A stretch of 52,976 nt of DNA from NCBI GenBank assembly GCA_014691105.1, contig GCA_014691105.1_4891.1; one strand, 5' to 3'. This DNA comes from a phage. Below, one piece after another: positions 1 to 8,093 of this stretch; position 1 is the first letter of the stretch, and the number at the start of each line of letters is the position of its first letter. The position numbers and the translations under genes were made by a program. The notes under the pieces are model-generated. The model did no database searches and had not been told where the DNA came from. It worked only from the letters and a program-made list of their open reading frames with translations.

Positions 1-144
1 AAAAAAAATAAAAAACCGGACTGATAAATAATTCGTAGGCATGTCTAAAGCCAGGCGTGGCAAGCTTCGGTGATATTTACTATGTTATTGTATGTTAGTG
101 TGCGTTATAATATATTTATTATTCAACAGATGAGTTGTGCAACT

Positions 145-651
145 ATGGATCCAATTGTAAAAGTATTTGAAGGTAAAAATATCACATTTTCATCAATTAA
201 GAGGGGTACCAAAATGGCATCCCTCATTGTTGTTAAAGGAAGCGATTTAGCTAAAGCGCTGGGCTACAGCTACGCGGAAAAACTTTATAAAAGGTTAGAC
301 AGCGATTATAAAATTACTGATGACAAAGGAGCAGTATGGGCAACTGAACCTGGTATTTATCAGGCTATATTCGGTTCGCAGCTTGAATCAGCTAAAGCAT
401 TTCAGCGCTGGGCATACGAAGAAGTATTTCCCACCATTCGTGGGAATGGTTATTACGTTACACCAGAGCTTCAACCAGCGCTGGATCTACTGTCTGATGA
501 AATAGACTTACTACGTGCATATGCTACAGCTGACTGCCACGGAAGAGCAAGGCTTAAGTCAAGAATTATGACGGTATGGAAAAAACAAGTAGAAAATGGT
601 AACTCTTTGGACCGCGTAGTCCAGATTTTAAAAGGAAACAGTGCATGGTAA
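145..651 (+). CDS. Bro-N/KilA-N domain protein (antirepressor-like DNA-binding protein)
   Basis: N-terminal VKVFEGKNITF...VVKGSDLAKALGY resembles the Bro-N motif; the ORF track starts at GTG 70 but in-frame ATGs at 130/145 precede the domain; stop overlaps the next start (ATGGTAA). Confidence 0.5.
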   Translation: MDPIVKVFEGKNITFSSIKRGTKMASLIVVKGSDLAKALGYSYAEKLYKRLDSDYKITDDKGAVWATEPGIYQAIFGSQLESAKAFQRWAYEEVFPTIRGNGYYVTPELQPALDLLSDEIDLLRAYATADCHGRARLKSRIMTVWKKQVENGNSLDRVVQILKGNSAW

Positions 652-1076
652 ATATTCGTGTTATTGGCCAGAACTTTGAGAGAAAGATGGCTAAAAAATT
701 CAACGAATCTTTTGGACTTGACTGCCAGCGTAACCTGCAGCAATCAATAAATGGCGGGGATGACTTGCTTGGTGTACCGTTTTTCAGCGTTGAACTGAAG
801 AAGCACAAGACCAAGTCTATCGGAACATGGTGGAGACAGTGTGCGGCATCAGCAAAGGCTCAGAACAAGATGCCGGTACTGATATACGAACTACCAAGAA
901 AACAGCCTACCGTGGTGATGAATAAGGCTGATGTGATTGACTGTTTTCCAAGTGGCACGACTTTTAACGAGGCATCGAACCGCCTCTTTGTGGGTCTAGT
1001 AGAATTAACATGGGAACAATTTTGCCGGGTCTACAACTATTACGTTGCGCCCGGCACTCAATATCACGTCAATTAA
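645..1076 (+). CDS. putative PD-(D/E)XK nuclease, Hjc-like resolvase fold
   Basis: GQNFERK...GGDDLLGV...FFSVELKK matches a G.FER / D / E.K nuclease motif arrangement; translationally coupled to the upstream Bro gene. Confidence 0.4.
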   Translation: MVNIRVIGQNFERKMAKKFNESFGLDCQRNLQQSINGGDDLLGVPFFSVELKKHKTKSIGTWWRQCAASAKAQNKMPVLIYELPRKQPTVVMNKADVIDCFPSGTTFNEASNRLFVGLVELTWEQFCRVYNYYVAPGTQYHVN

Positions 1077-1258
1077 TCTTGTTTCAGCTCGTCGCAAATA
1101 ACACGCTGATTTTTGGCGGGGATAATACCAAGATTTAGCAGGGTGTATGGACTATCAGCGACGCATTGTTCAACGGTAGTCCATTCAGGTTTGGATTCAA
1201 CAATTTCGTAATTACAGTCGTGAGCTGCAATACATGTTGCCAGGATTAAGCCAATCAC
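1073..1258 (-). CDS. hypothetical small early protein
   Basis: ORF track; GTG start overlaps the stop of an upstream unlisted small ORF (GTGA). Confidence 0.4.
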   Translation of the reverse strand: MIGLILATCIAAHDCNYEIVESKPEWTTVEQCVADSPYTLLNLGIIPAKNQRVICDELKQD

Positions 1259-1434
1259 AAGTAATCTCCATCAACCAGAAACTCAAACAATTGGTTGTAG
1301 ACGTTGCAACCTTTAGCGAAAGAGCTTTCAGCAGGTTTACCATCGCGGACAATCATCATATACTCACCGCCATGGATGTCCACCCAGTATTGCATGCCAC
1401 CTTTGACCGGATTACGTTGCAGAAATTTAAACAT
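1255..1434 (-). CDS. hypothetical small protein (59 aa, below ORF-track cutoff)
   Basis: Hand translation of the minus strand gives MFKFLQRNPVKGGMQYWVDIHGGEYMMIVRDGKPAESSFAKGCNVYNQLFEFLVDGDYL; ATG overlaps the upstream stop (TAATG) and its TGA overlaps the downstream GTG. Confidence 0.4.
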   Translation of the reverse strand: MFKFLQRNPVKGGMQYWVDIHGGEYMMIVRDGKPAESSFAKGCNVYNQLFEFLVDGDYL

Positions 1435-1679
1435 TATTTGCTCCTGATTCCAAGTTTATTCAATAACCAAATTGTCATGTCAACCCAGGTTAACGGTACA
1501 GTTTTCGGGGGTTGATAATCCCAGCAGCTTGCAGTTCTTTGTATTTCTGCTTGGCGCCGCTCCGCTTCGCGTAATACCGCATCGTCAGAAGTGCCGGCAG
1601 AAAAAAGATCGGTAACACCAGATAAATCGCGTTGATTAACACGTCGAGCAATGTCATATAAATCATCCTTAGAAAACAT
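1434..1679 (-). CDS. hypothetical protein
   Basis: ORF track, same strand as neighbours, coupled to downstream gene. Confidence 0.45.
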   Translation of the reverse strand: MFSKDDLYDIARRVNQRDLSGVTDLFSAGTSDDAVLREAERRQAEIQRTASCWDYQPPKTVPLTWVDMTIWLLNKLGIRSK

Positions 1680-1855
1680 AAGCCAATACCATAAGAATTA
1701 TCAGAAAGATCCCAACCAGCTTCCTCATAGCCCGACCTTCAGCATATGCAGGATTCACAACAGAATACTCAACAACATGTTTACAGCGGACCATAAGGCC
1801 TCCACTTGTGGGTTAATTCAATCATGAGGACTTTTGGCAAATCCTCATTGTTGAA

Positions 1856-2059
1856 TCACTCCATCATTACCTGAACTATTATTATACACTCTTTATTGAA
1901 GCGGGTAAACACCTTTCCTCCATTGGTGCGTTTAGCCCCAGATTTTAGAGCTGACTGGCACCAGACCTGCCACTCCTCAACTGTCAAGAATTTTTGCTCA
2001 GCTTTGGGTGGTAGTCCATTGGCAAGGTCTACCGTAGTAAATTTGACTAATGGCATCAC
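1856..2059 (-). CDS. hypothetical protein
   Basis: ORF track; start overlaps the stop of the 2056..2478 gene. Confidence 0.4.
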   Translation of the reverse strand: MMPLVKFTTVDLANGLPPKAEQKFLTVEEWQVWCQSALKSGAKRTNGGKVFTRFNKECIIIVQVMME

Positions 2060-2478
2060 TTGACCTCAAATTTTGACTCGTCATATTCCGGATCAGTCAC
2101 GTCCCGGGTCGCACAATTTTTGATTGCCTCCCAGTAACGTTGGGCGTCATCGCCATCGACATAAACTGTCCAGTGGCCGTAACCACCTTCAAATCTGTCC
2201 CAGGCTTGTTCCCAGACTTTGCCATCTTCCAGCTTGTACCAAGTTGGACGACTGTCAAACTCGCGGATTGGATGGTACCCCATCAAAGGATTCATCAGGT
2301 CAATAATGTCTTCCCGACTAATCTCCTGGTTCTCCCACAGCACCGTCATGAATTGCTCAAACTTGAAGGCGTTTGGCAGAACTTTGATGACTTCACCATC
2401 ACGATATACGGTATAGGTGCCATCTTCGCATTTTGCACTGTACATGTTTCTCTCTCCTATTGATATAATTTCAATCAT
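2056..2478 (-). CDS. hypothetical protein (140 aa)
   Basis: ORF track; no recognisable motif. Confidence 0.5.
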   Translation of the reverse strand: MIEIISIGERNMYSAKCEDGTYTVYRDGEVIKVLPNAFKFEQFMTVLWENQEISREDIIDLMNPLMGYHPIREFDSRPTWYKLEDGKVWEQAWDRFEGGYGHWTVYVDGDDAQRYWEAIKNCATRDVTDPEYDESKFEVK

Positions 2479-2513
2479 GAACTATCACAACTTTGGATAG
2501 TTCATTGTTGAAA

Positions 2514-2702
2514 CTATACTAACTTTGTTGCGATCTGAATTGTCAGCCGGAAATCTTCCATCAAGTTATCAAACTCTTTGGAACCACCAACAGCATCAGA
2601 TATTTGATCTTTCACGATTTGGGCATTTGATTCCAGTAATTCAATCAGGTGCGCCAATTCGTCTTCAGTCAATTTCAGGTCTTTCATAATGCATCCACCC
2701 AA
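2514..2702 (-). CDS. small early protein, MKDLKLT paralogue family member 1
   Basis: Likely true start at internal Met (about 2687) giving MKDLKLTEDELAHLIELLES...; N-terminus shared with two other small ORFs. Confidence 0.5.
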   Translation of the reverse strand: MGGCIMKDLKLTEDELAHLIELLESNAQIVKDQISDAVGGSKEFDNLMEDFRLTIQIATKLV

Positions 2703-2941
2703 GCCATAACTTTTGCCAGTCTTACAACGTCTTCATGGTCCCGCTCGCCATCAGAAAATTCGCTGGCGATGATACCCATAATTGACGCCAGATTCATGTT
2801 GATGATGTAGGCGTGTTGGCGCACTTCATCAATTCCTGAATCTATCACCAGTTCCGCAAATTCTTGTGAACCTTCATCCCATTCAGCCCAATACTGCTCA
2901 GCATAAAAGTCCAGTTCTTTTTTCATCTCAATATCAGTCAT
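2684..2941 (-). CDS. hypothetical acidic protein (85 aa)
   Basis: ORF track. Confidence 0.5.
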   Translation of the reverse strand: MTDIEMKKELDFYAEQYWAEWDEGSQEFAELVIDSGIDEVRQHAYIINMNLASIMGIIASEFSDGERDHEDVVRLAKVMAWVDAL

Positions 2942-2946
2942 TTTGA

Positions 2947-3147
2947 TTACTCCTCAGAACCTGAAAATTTGTCGTCAATGGCTTCAACAATATAATCAAG
3001 AGTTGAAGTGTGAGAACTATCAGAAAAAGTGCCCATCTTCTCTAACTCAATCATCATATCCCGCAAGGCCATCGCCTGGTCTTTGGTCAGTTTGATTTTA
3101 AGCATGTTTCTCTCCTGTTGATTGTGAATAATTTCAATTGATGGCAC
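2947..3147 (-). CDS. small early protein, paralogue family member 2
   Basis: Internal Met (about 3105) gives MLKIKLTKDQAMALRDMMIELEKMG..., similar N-terminal pattern to the MKDLKLT proteins. Confidence 0.45.
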   Translation of the reverse strand: MPSIEIIHNQQERNMLKIKLTKDQAMALRDMMIELEKMGTFSDSSHTSTLDYIVEAIDDKFSGSEE

Positions 3148-3169
3148 TACTTGAGTGCCATCTCAAAAA

Positions 3170-3796
3170 TTACTCTTCAGTTTCTTGTGCTTCAGTTTCA
3201 GGTTTTTTGCCAGTTACTGATTTGCCATCAGTCACTTTACCAGATTTTACATCATTACGGTAATAGGACATATAGGATTGGACAACACGTTTTGCCCTAA
3301 TATCATCCGCTTCCATCCCACAGGCTTTCATGGCATCGGCCAGCGCCAATTTGGAATCTTCTTTGTCCATCAAATTGTAGTCCTTGAATACTGCATAGCA
3401 GGTATCTTTGGTTGACGGACCGGATGAAGTTTTGCGGGTGCCACCAGCAGATGCTCGTGTTGTCGCAACTTTGACCTCTTCAACTTCCAGTTGGTTAAGC
3501 TCATCAAATAGGGCTTTCACCAGCACTTCTTTTGAGTCTTTGACACTTACAGAACTTTCATCATTAAGGGACTTAATCATCTTAATGATCTGGTTATTGG
3601 CAAAGTACTGCAGGCTATCCATCTGCACTACAATAGTCCCAAGACTTTCAGTAGTCAGACCAGATTTTACAGACTCGACAGAAAAAGCGGAAGTCAGGTA
3701 AACATAGTTGATAGTAGTCATTGATGTATCCTCGTCAATAGAATTTTGGTAAGCGCCAATCCCTGGCAAGTAAGTCCAAACATGACAACTTGACAA
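3170..3796 (-). CDS. hypothetical protein (up to 208 aa)
   Basis: ORF track; probable start at an internal Met (MTTINYVY...). Confidence 0.5.
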   Translation of the reverse strand: MSSCHVWTYLPGIGAYQNSIDEDTSMTTINYVYLTSAFSVESVKSGLTTESLGTIVVQMDSLQYFANNQIIKMIKSLNDESSVSVKDSKEVLVKALFDELNQLEVEEVKVATTRASAGGTRKTSSGPSTKDTCYAVFKDYNLMDKEDSKLALADAMKACGMEADDIRAKRVVQSYMSYYRNDVKSGKVTDGKSVTGKKPETEAQETEE

Positions 3797-3814
3797 AAGT
3801 TGTCATGATTGAAA

Positions 3815-3994
3815 TCACTTCAATTTGTTAAGTATTTTGGTCAATAGCTCAACTCTTTCTTCCTGGTCAGTAGGGTCAAAGTTTTCAATTGACTCCTTCC
3901 AGTCCTCCAGCAGTTCCTTTTCATTAAATATTGAAATGTCAAGAAATTCAACCAATAACTCAACTTCTTTTTTAGTCAATTTCAAATCTTTCAT
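3815..3994 (-). CDS. small early protein, paralogue family member 3 (59 aa, unlisted)
   Basis: Hand translation: MKDLKLTKKEVELLVEFLDISIFNEKELLEDWKESIENFDPTDQEERVELLTKILNKLK, preceded by a GAGGG-type RBS; the overlapping plus ORF 3825..4025 is low-complexity and probably spurious. Confidence 0.5.
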   Translation of the reverse strand: MKDLKLTKKEVELLVEFLDISIFNEKELLEDWKESIENFDPTDQEERVELLTKILNKLK

Positions 3995-4008
3995 CTTGTA
4001 TGACCCTC

Positions 4009-4212
4009 TTACCCTTGATATTTGACTACTTGCGACTGGATGAAATCAACACAATCTTCCACGTCCATTGATTCAAAATCTGGAACTGGTCCATTATTAA
4101 TGTTGACACACCATAGCCCTTCATTACAATCGTACCAAAGCGTATAGTTGTCTTTCATAATAGTTACTCCTGCTATTAGTTTCCAGGCGTGGCTACTGCT
4201 TCCAATAGCCAC
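4009..4212 (-). CDS. hypothetical small Cys-containing protein
   Basis: ORF track; likely start at internal Met (MKDNYTLWYDCNEG...) preceded by AGGAG. Confidence 0.4.
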   Translation of the reverse strand: MAIGSSSHAWKLIAGVTIMKDNYTLWYDCNEGLWCVNINNGPVPDFESMDVEDCVDFIQSQVVKYQG

Positions 4213-4518
4213 TAGTTGAAACTATTACCAGCGTTACTATCAACAAGAAACATGTTACCAAATTGTTAAAGAGCGGTCTGGTACTATTCGACCAGGTAAA
4301 GTTATTATTTGCGCATCTTGACGACACGCGCCAGACAAGACGCTTGACACATTCATCATTCGTCTTGATGTAATAATTATAGGCCAGTCAATCAATGTTG
4401 TACATAAAAGAATTGCAAGTTTATGCAAGTTTTTAGAAATGATAATCACTTGCGATTGAGAGTGGTTCTCATATGCAATTGATATAGTTTCACATGTAAT
4501 TACTCACTTCAAAATGGT

Positions 4519-4575
4519 CGGCAGGGGTTATAATCACATAGGGGTGCCACTTAAAGGAGCCGGCGAAATTATTTA
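4519..4575. repeat. copy 1 of a ~55-bp intergenic repeat (GGGGTTATAAT..AGGGGTGCCAC..AGGAGCCGGCGAAATT)
   Basis: Aligns at roughly 70% identity with 4693..4750 when read by eye; contains a perfect TATAAT. Confidence 0.6.
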
Positions 4576-4692
4576 TAAAAATATAATTTCAATCTGAATT
4601 ATAGACGCTTTGTGCTATAACGGCTGAAGTAGTTCATACGGTAATTGTATCAATCGCAATAGTTACCAGAGTAATCATTTCAATTGAAATAG

Positions 4693-4750
4693 GTGCGGCG
4701 GGGGGTAATTTCGCAGGGGTGCTACCTGCCAGGAGCCAGCGGAATTTTTT
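4693..4750. repeat. copy 2 of the intergenic repeat (GGGGGTAATTT..AGGGGTGCTAC..AGGAGCCAGCGGAATT)
   Basis: See copy 1; both lie in the divergent control region between the leftward and rightward early genes. Confidence 0.6.
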
Positions 4751-4967
4751 ATTTTTTCTCTATTTTCTCCTTATCAGGACCAATCATCATCAGAGTAACA
4801 CGGCAGGAGCTAACCTTTTGCTTATCACAATAATAAGTGAAGCCCCTCTAAAATTTTTTTATATTTTTCGGAAATTGTGTAGACACTCACTAAAAAGTGG
4901 TGTACTTTCTCTCCTCCACGCGCTATCATTAATGTGAATCATCAAACGGCCTCACGGTCTCCTACTT

Positions 4968-5456
4968 GTGGGTAACATTATGAAAATTGTTCAATTAGAG
5001 CCATATCCGCCTCAATTGGCTATCGTTTGCAGCGAAAAAGAGCACGAAGAGCTCCAAAAACTGATGGATTTGCCTGATTTTGGCAACTGGAATGACCGGG
5101 AAACACGTAATGCATCTACCTTTACATTCTCTCGCGTTAACTATCCGTACCTGTTAATCGTCGTCGAACTGTACCACCCGGACGACCTGAAGTACAACAC
5201 CATTTCCCACGAGGGCATTCACGTAATGTCGTCGCTGATGAACTATGTAGGGCTTAAATACGACCCAGAAAACGATGAATGGTACGCATATCAGCATGAT
5301 TTCATCGTAAATGCCATTTGTAAGGCCCATGACGAGTATATAGAGCGCCAAAAAACGCCAAAAACTAAGCCAAAAATAGAAACAGGTAACCATCCTGCAA
5401 TACTGCCACAAGACGTAATGAACTCGCTTTTGACTGACACTACTGGGGACTTTTAG
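4968..5456 (+). CDS. hypothetical protein with HExxH motif (possible zinc metallopeptidase-like)
   Basis: HEGIH motif in ISHEGIHVMSSL; first gene of the rightward block; start could be GTG 4968 or ATG 4980. Confidence 0.45.
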   Translation: MGNIMKIVQLEPYPPQLAIVCSEKEHEELQKLMDLPDFGNWNDRETRNASTFTFSRVNYPYLLIVVELYHPDDLKYNTISHEGIHVMSSLMNYVGLKYDPENDEWYAYQHDFIVNAICKAHDEYIERQKTPKTKPKIETGNHPAILPQDVMNSLLTDTTGDF

Positions 5457-6131
5457 GTGATTAATATAATCTTTGCAATGGGCCAAAATGGGGAATTCGG
5501 GTTGTCTCCGGAGTTTATGAAGCATCAGGTTAACTCGTGCAAGACCATGGAAGAGGTCCGTGCGCTTCCTAAATCGGGTCTGCCCTGGAAATGTCCGTCA
5601 GACATGCTCTTTTTCAGGACTATGACTAATTCAGTTGCGACAGAACCAGGCTATAATGCATATCAGCAACTACGTGGACAGTTCCCACAAGACCAGTTGC
5701 GAAACATGATAGCAGATGTAACGGTAAAAATGGTAGGACATAGTGTATTGTTAGCCGGTCGTAACACGTATATGACTATGAGTCTGCCTATGTCAGCCCA
5801 CAGAATACTGCTGCCGGTATCTCGCCAGATTATGGCTTCAGAAGGCTACAATAATTTGGGTGAGATGGCAGCAGACCTTGAATCCAGAGGTACTGACGTC
5901 TGGATTGTAGGCGGTGCCGAATTGATACTTTCGGCCCTTGAAGAACACGCAAAAGACTTACTCCGTATCGACAACATGTTTATCAGTACGATCAAGCAAT
6001 CAGGTCCAAGTGATATTTTAATGGATTGTAGCAAATTAATGATGTACATTGATAGCGACTTTACATATAATGATGAATATGTTGATAACAAACAAGTTCT
6101 GATACAACGGTACAGGAGTTTACATAAATGA
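5457..6131 (+). CDS. dihydrofolate reductase-like protein
   Basis: DHFR-like blocks IIFAMGQNGEFG, GLPWKCPSDMLFFRTMT, VLLAGRNTYMTMSLPMSAHRILLPVSR and VWIVGGAELI, with an insertion after the first strand. Confidence 0.55.
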   Translation: MINIIFAMGQNGEFGLSPEFMKHQVNSCKTMEEVRALPKSGLPWKCPSDMLFFRTMTNSVATEPGYNAYQQLRGQFPQDQLRNMIADVTVKMVGHSVLLAGRNTYMTMSLPMSAHRILLPVSRQIMASEGYNNLGEMAADLESRGTDVWIVGGAELILSALEEHAKDLLRIDNMFISTIKQSGPSDILMDCSKLMMYIDSDFTYNDEYVDNKQVLIQRYRSLHK

Positions 6132-6634
6132 ACATCATAATCGAGGGTCCGGATAATGCTGGTAAAACTACAGTTATTGAGTTCCTTAAATCTCATACTG
6201 GCCGCAGTGTTACTCATAATACTGTTGACAAAGATCCCGAATCGGTCATGGCTAAACAGACCAAAGAAAACGCGTTGGAAGGCGATTGTATTTATGACCG
6301 TAGCGCTGTTATATCTGAGTATATCTATTGTCTGGTTCTTCAACGTACGCCTGTCATCAATATTAATGTATCACATGTAGCAGATATGTGCGACAACGCC
6401 ATCGTTATCTTTTGTATGCCGCCTGTTGAAAAGGTACTGGCAACTACAAAAGACGAGATGCCTGGTGTTGTGGAAAATCTTGAGGCGTTATACAATCAGT
6501 ATGACAACCTCATTGACGAACTGGTTATGATGAGTAAGCAGTTCTTCATTTACGACTGGACTGTTGAAGAAGATGGTCCTGAAGCAGTTCTAGAATATAT
6601 CAACGAACGTATTAATAAGGAGTGGAACAAATGA
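6128..6634 (+). CDS. P-loop nucleoside/deoxynucleoside monophosphate kinase (thymidylate-kinase-like)
   Basis: P-loop GPDNAGKTT followed by a DRS motif (YDRSAVISEY); ATGA overlap with the DHFR stop. Confidence 0.5.
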   Translation: MNIIIEGPDNAGKTTVIEFLKSHTGRSVTHNTVDKDPESVMAKQTKENALEGDCIYDRSAVISEYIYCLVLQRTPVININVSHVADMCDNAIVIFCMPPVEKVLATTKDEMPGVVENLEALYNQYDNLIDELVMMSKQFFIYDWTVEEDGPEAVLEYINERINKEWNK

Positions 6635-7332
6635 GCCCAGTATACAATACCTCAGTCACGCTGTCCGCAACCGTAGGGGGCGTCAACAAGACTGTTACTG
6701 TGGGTTCAACTAACCCTAACCTATCAGGCGAAGACCTGTTGCGCATGGCTAAACGTGCTCTTGAAGATAACGAAGTGACTGGTACTGAAGGTGTCAGCAT
6801 TGAGATTAACATCGAGGGTTATGAAGAAAGCATCAGCATTGCTACTTCTGACGATGAAGCTTGTGAACAGCTAAAGTTCAACGATGAGCTGGAATATCGT
6901 ACCGGTGAGATGTTCAGCAGTGCGCTAAACTGGTACTTGTACAAGGCTTCAAACTACGCTGGCGCTCCTATGTCAGACCGTATGTTAGCTGACATGTCTG
7001 CACGTGAAATTGCTAAAGGCTGGGCGCATGTACAGATGCTGCAGGAGCGTATCTGCAAGCTGAAAAGCTGCAATAAAGACGCGTCTGAGCTTATTACTGC
7101 CTATAAGCGACAGATTAACGACCTGCAGCAACTGATGGGCAAACGCGCTGAAGAATATGAGGCTGAGATTCGCAGTCTTAACGGCACAGCTGTTGCTAAC
7201 AACCGTGCTTTCAGCGAAGAGCGTAAAGCGCTTATCGCCCAGCGTGACGCTGAAAAACGTCGTGCAGACGACCTGGCAGACCGTCTCAACTTTATCCGTA
7301 AGCATATGGATGCTATGGAAGGGGTAATCTGA
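6622..7332 (+). CDS. hypothetical protein (coiled-coil C-terminus)
   Basis: ORF track; start may be the Met at 6631. Confidence 0.5.
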   Translation: MEQMSPVYNTSVTLSATVGGVNKTVTVGSTNPNLSGEDLLRMAKRALEDNEVTGTEGVSIEINIEGYEESISIATSDDEACEQLKFNDELEYRTGEMFSSALNWYLYKASNYAGAPMSDRMLADMSAREIAKGWAHVQMLQERICKLKSCNKDASELITAYKRQINDLQQLMGKRAEEYEAEIRSLNGTAVANNRAFSEERKALIAQRDAEKRRADDLADRLNFIRKHMDAMEGVI

Positions 7333-7622
7333 TGGACCTGTTCGATATGGTCGAACATCCTGAAGTAAACGGCTTGGCGGAAGCTAAGCCTTTTAACTGG
7401 GATGAATTCGTAGCAGGCAAACCTGCTGTAACCCACAACGGGCAGATTGCATATTACGGAGGCCATAGCGAACATCCGATGTGCACTCACCTGTACAACG
7501 CTATAACAACCATAACCGACGAAAACGTTATTAAATACGGAAAAGAAGTAATGTCTTTTCTTGTAGATGAACGCGGTTACTTCGAAGGTAAATGGTTCCC
7601 GTTTCTGGTAGAAATGGCATAA
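7332..7622 (+). CDS. hypothetical protein
   Basis: ORF track; ATGA overlap with the upstream gene. Confidence 0.5.
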   Translation: MDLFDMVEHPEVNGLAEAKPFNWDEFVAGKPAVTHNGQIAYYGGHSEHPMCTHLYNAITTITDENVIKYGKEVMSFLVDERGYFEGKWFPFLVEMA

Positions 7623-7738
7623 AAACCGGATAAATATAAAGGCGTCTAAGCTAGTTCTTCATCTATATAAGCTACTTATTCGCCTTTCTGCTGTAGACTT
7701 TCTCATCATCTCTCTAGACACTTCATTTTTATATTCTG

Positions 7739-7767
7739 TTTACTTACTTCGCGTAACTCGTTATAAT
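7739..7767 (+). promoter_or_regulatory. sigma70-like promoter TTTACT-N17-TATAAT
   Basis: TTTACT at 7739-7744 and TATAAT at 7762-7767, upstream of the terminase genes. Confidence 0.55.
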
Positions 7768-7799
7768 CCCGACTATCCGGATTAACGAGGACGATACCA

Positions 7800-8090
7800 A
7801 TGGCAAAACCGAAAAAAACCCGTGAGGCAACAGAAGAGCTGTTGGCCACTATGCGACGTATCCAACTGGACCCGTTGGAAGTTATGCAACGAGCTATCAT
7901 CCTTGCTGAACGTGAAGACGACTATAAAGCAATGATGGATGGTGCGCTTGGTGTTATGCCGTACATGTATCCTAAGCTGAAAGAGTCCGTTGTTAAAGCT
8001 GACATCGACCAGAACTTGTCTGGCAATGGCGTTAGCCTGAATATTACGATCGGTGACCAGAAAGTGGTAGACGTTACTGAGGAAGAGTAA
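7800..8090 (+). CDS. putative terminase small subunit
   Basis: 96-aa basic/acidic protein immediately upstream of the large terminase; assignment by position only. Confidence 0.45.
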   Translation: MAKPKKTREATEELLATMRRIQLDPLEVMQRAIILAEREDDYKAMMDGALGVMPYMYPKLKESVVKADIDQNLSGNGVSLNITIGDQKVVDVTEEE

Positions 8091-8093
8091 TAA

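Noticed and set aside
70-144. N-terminal 25 residues of the Bro ORF from the GTG at 70
   Set aside because: This stretch is AT-rich, contains a TATAAT-like element and precedes the recognisable Bro-N domain; the ATG at 130 or 145 is the more plausible start.
1234-1515. Plus-strand ORF of 93 aa
   Set aside because: Runs against the leftward block and overlaps the translationally coupled minus-strand small gene at 1255..1434.
3825-4025. Plus-strand ORF of 66 aa
   Set aside because: Low-complexity Ser-rich translation, running against the leftward block; the minus strand here encodes a well-formed 59-aa paralogue with an RBS.
4255-4449. Minus-strand ORF of 64 aa at the edge of the divergent control region
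   Set aside because: No convincing RBS and it overlaps promoter-like sequence (TTGACA-type elements); could be real but not supported enough to annotate.
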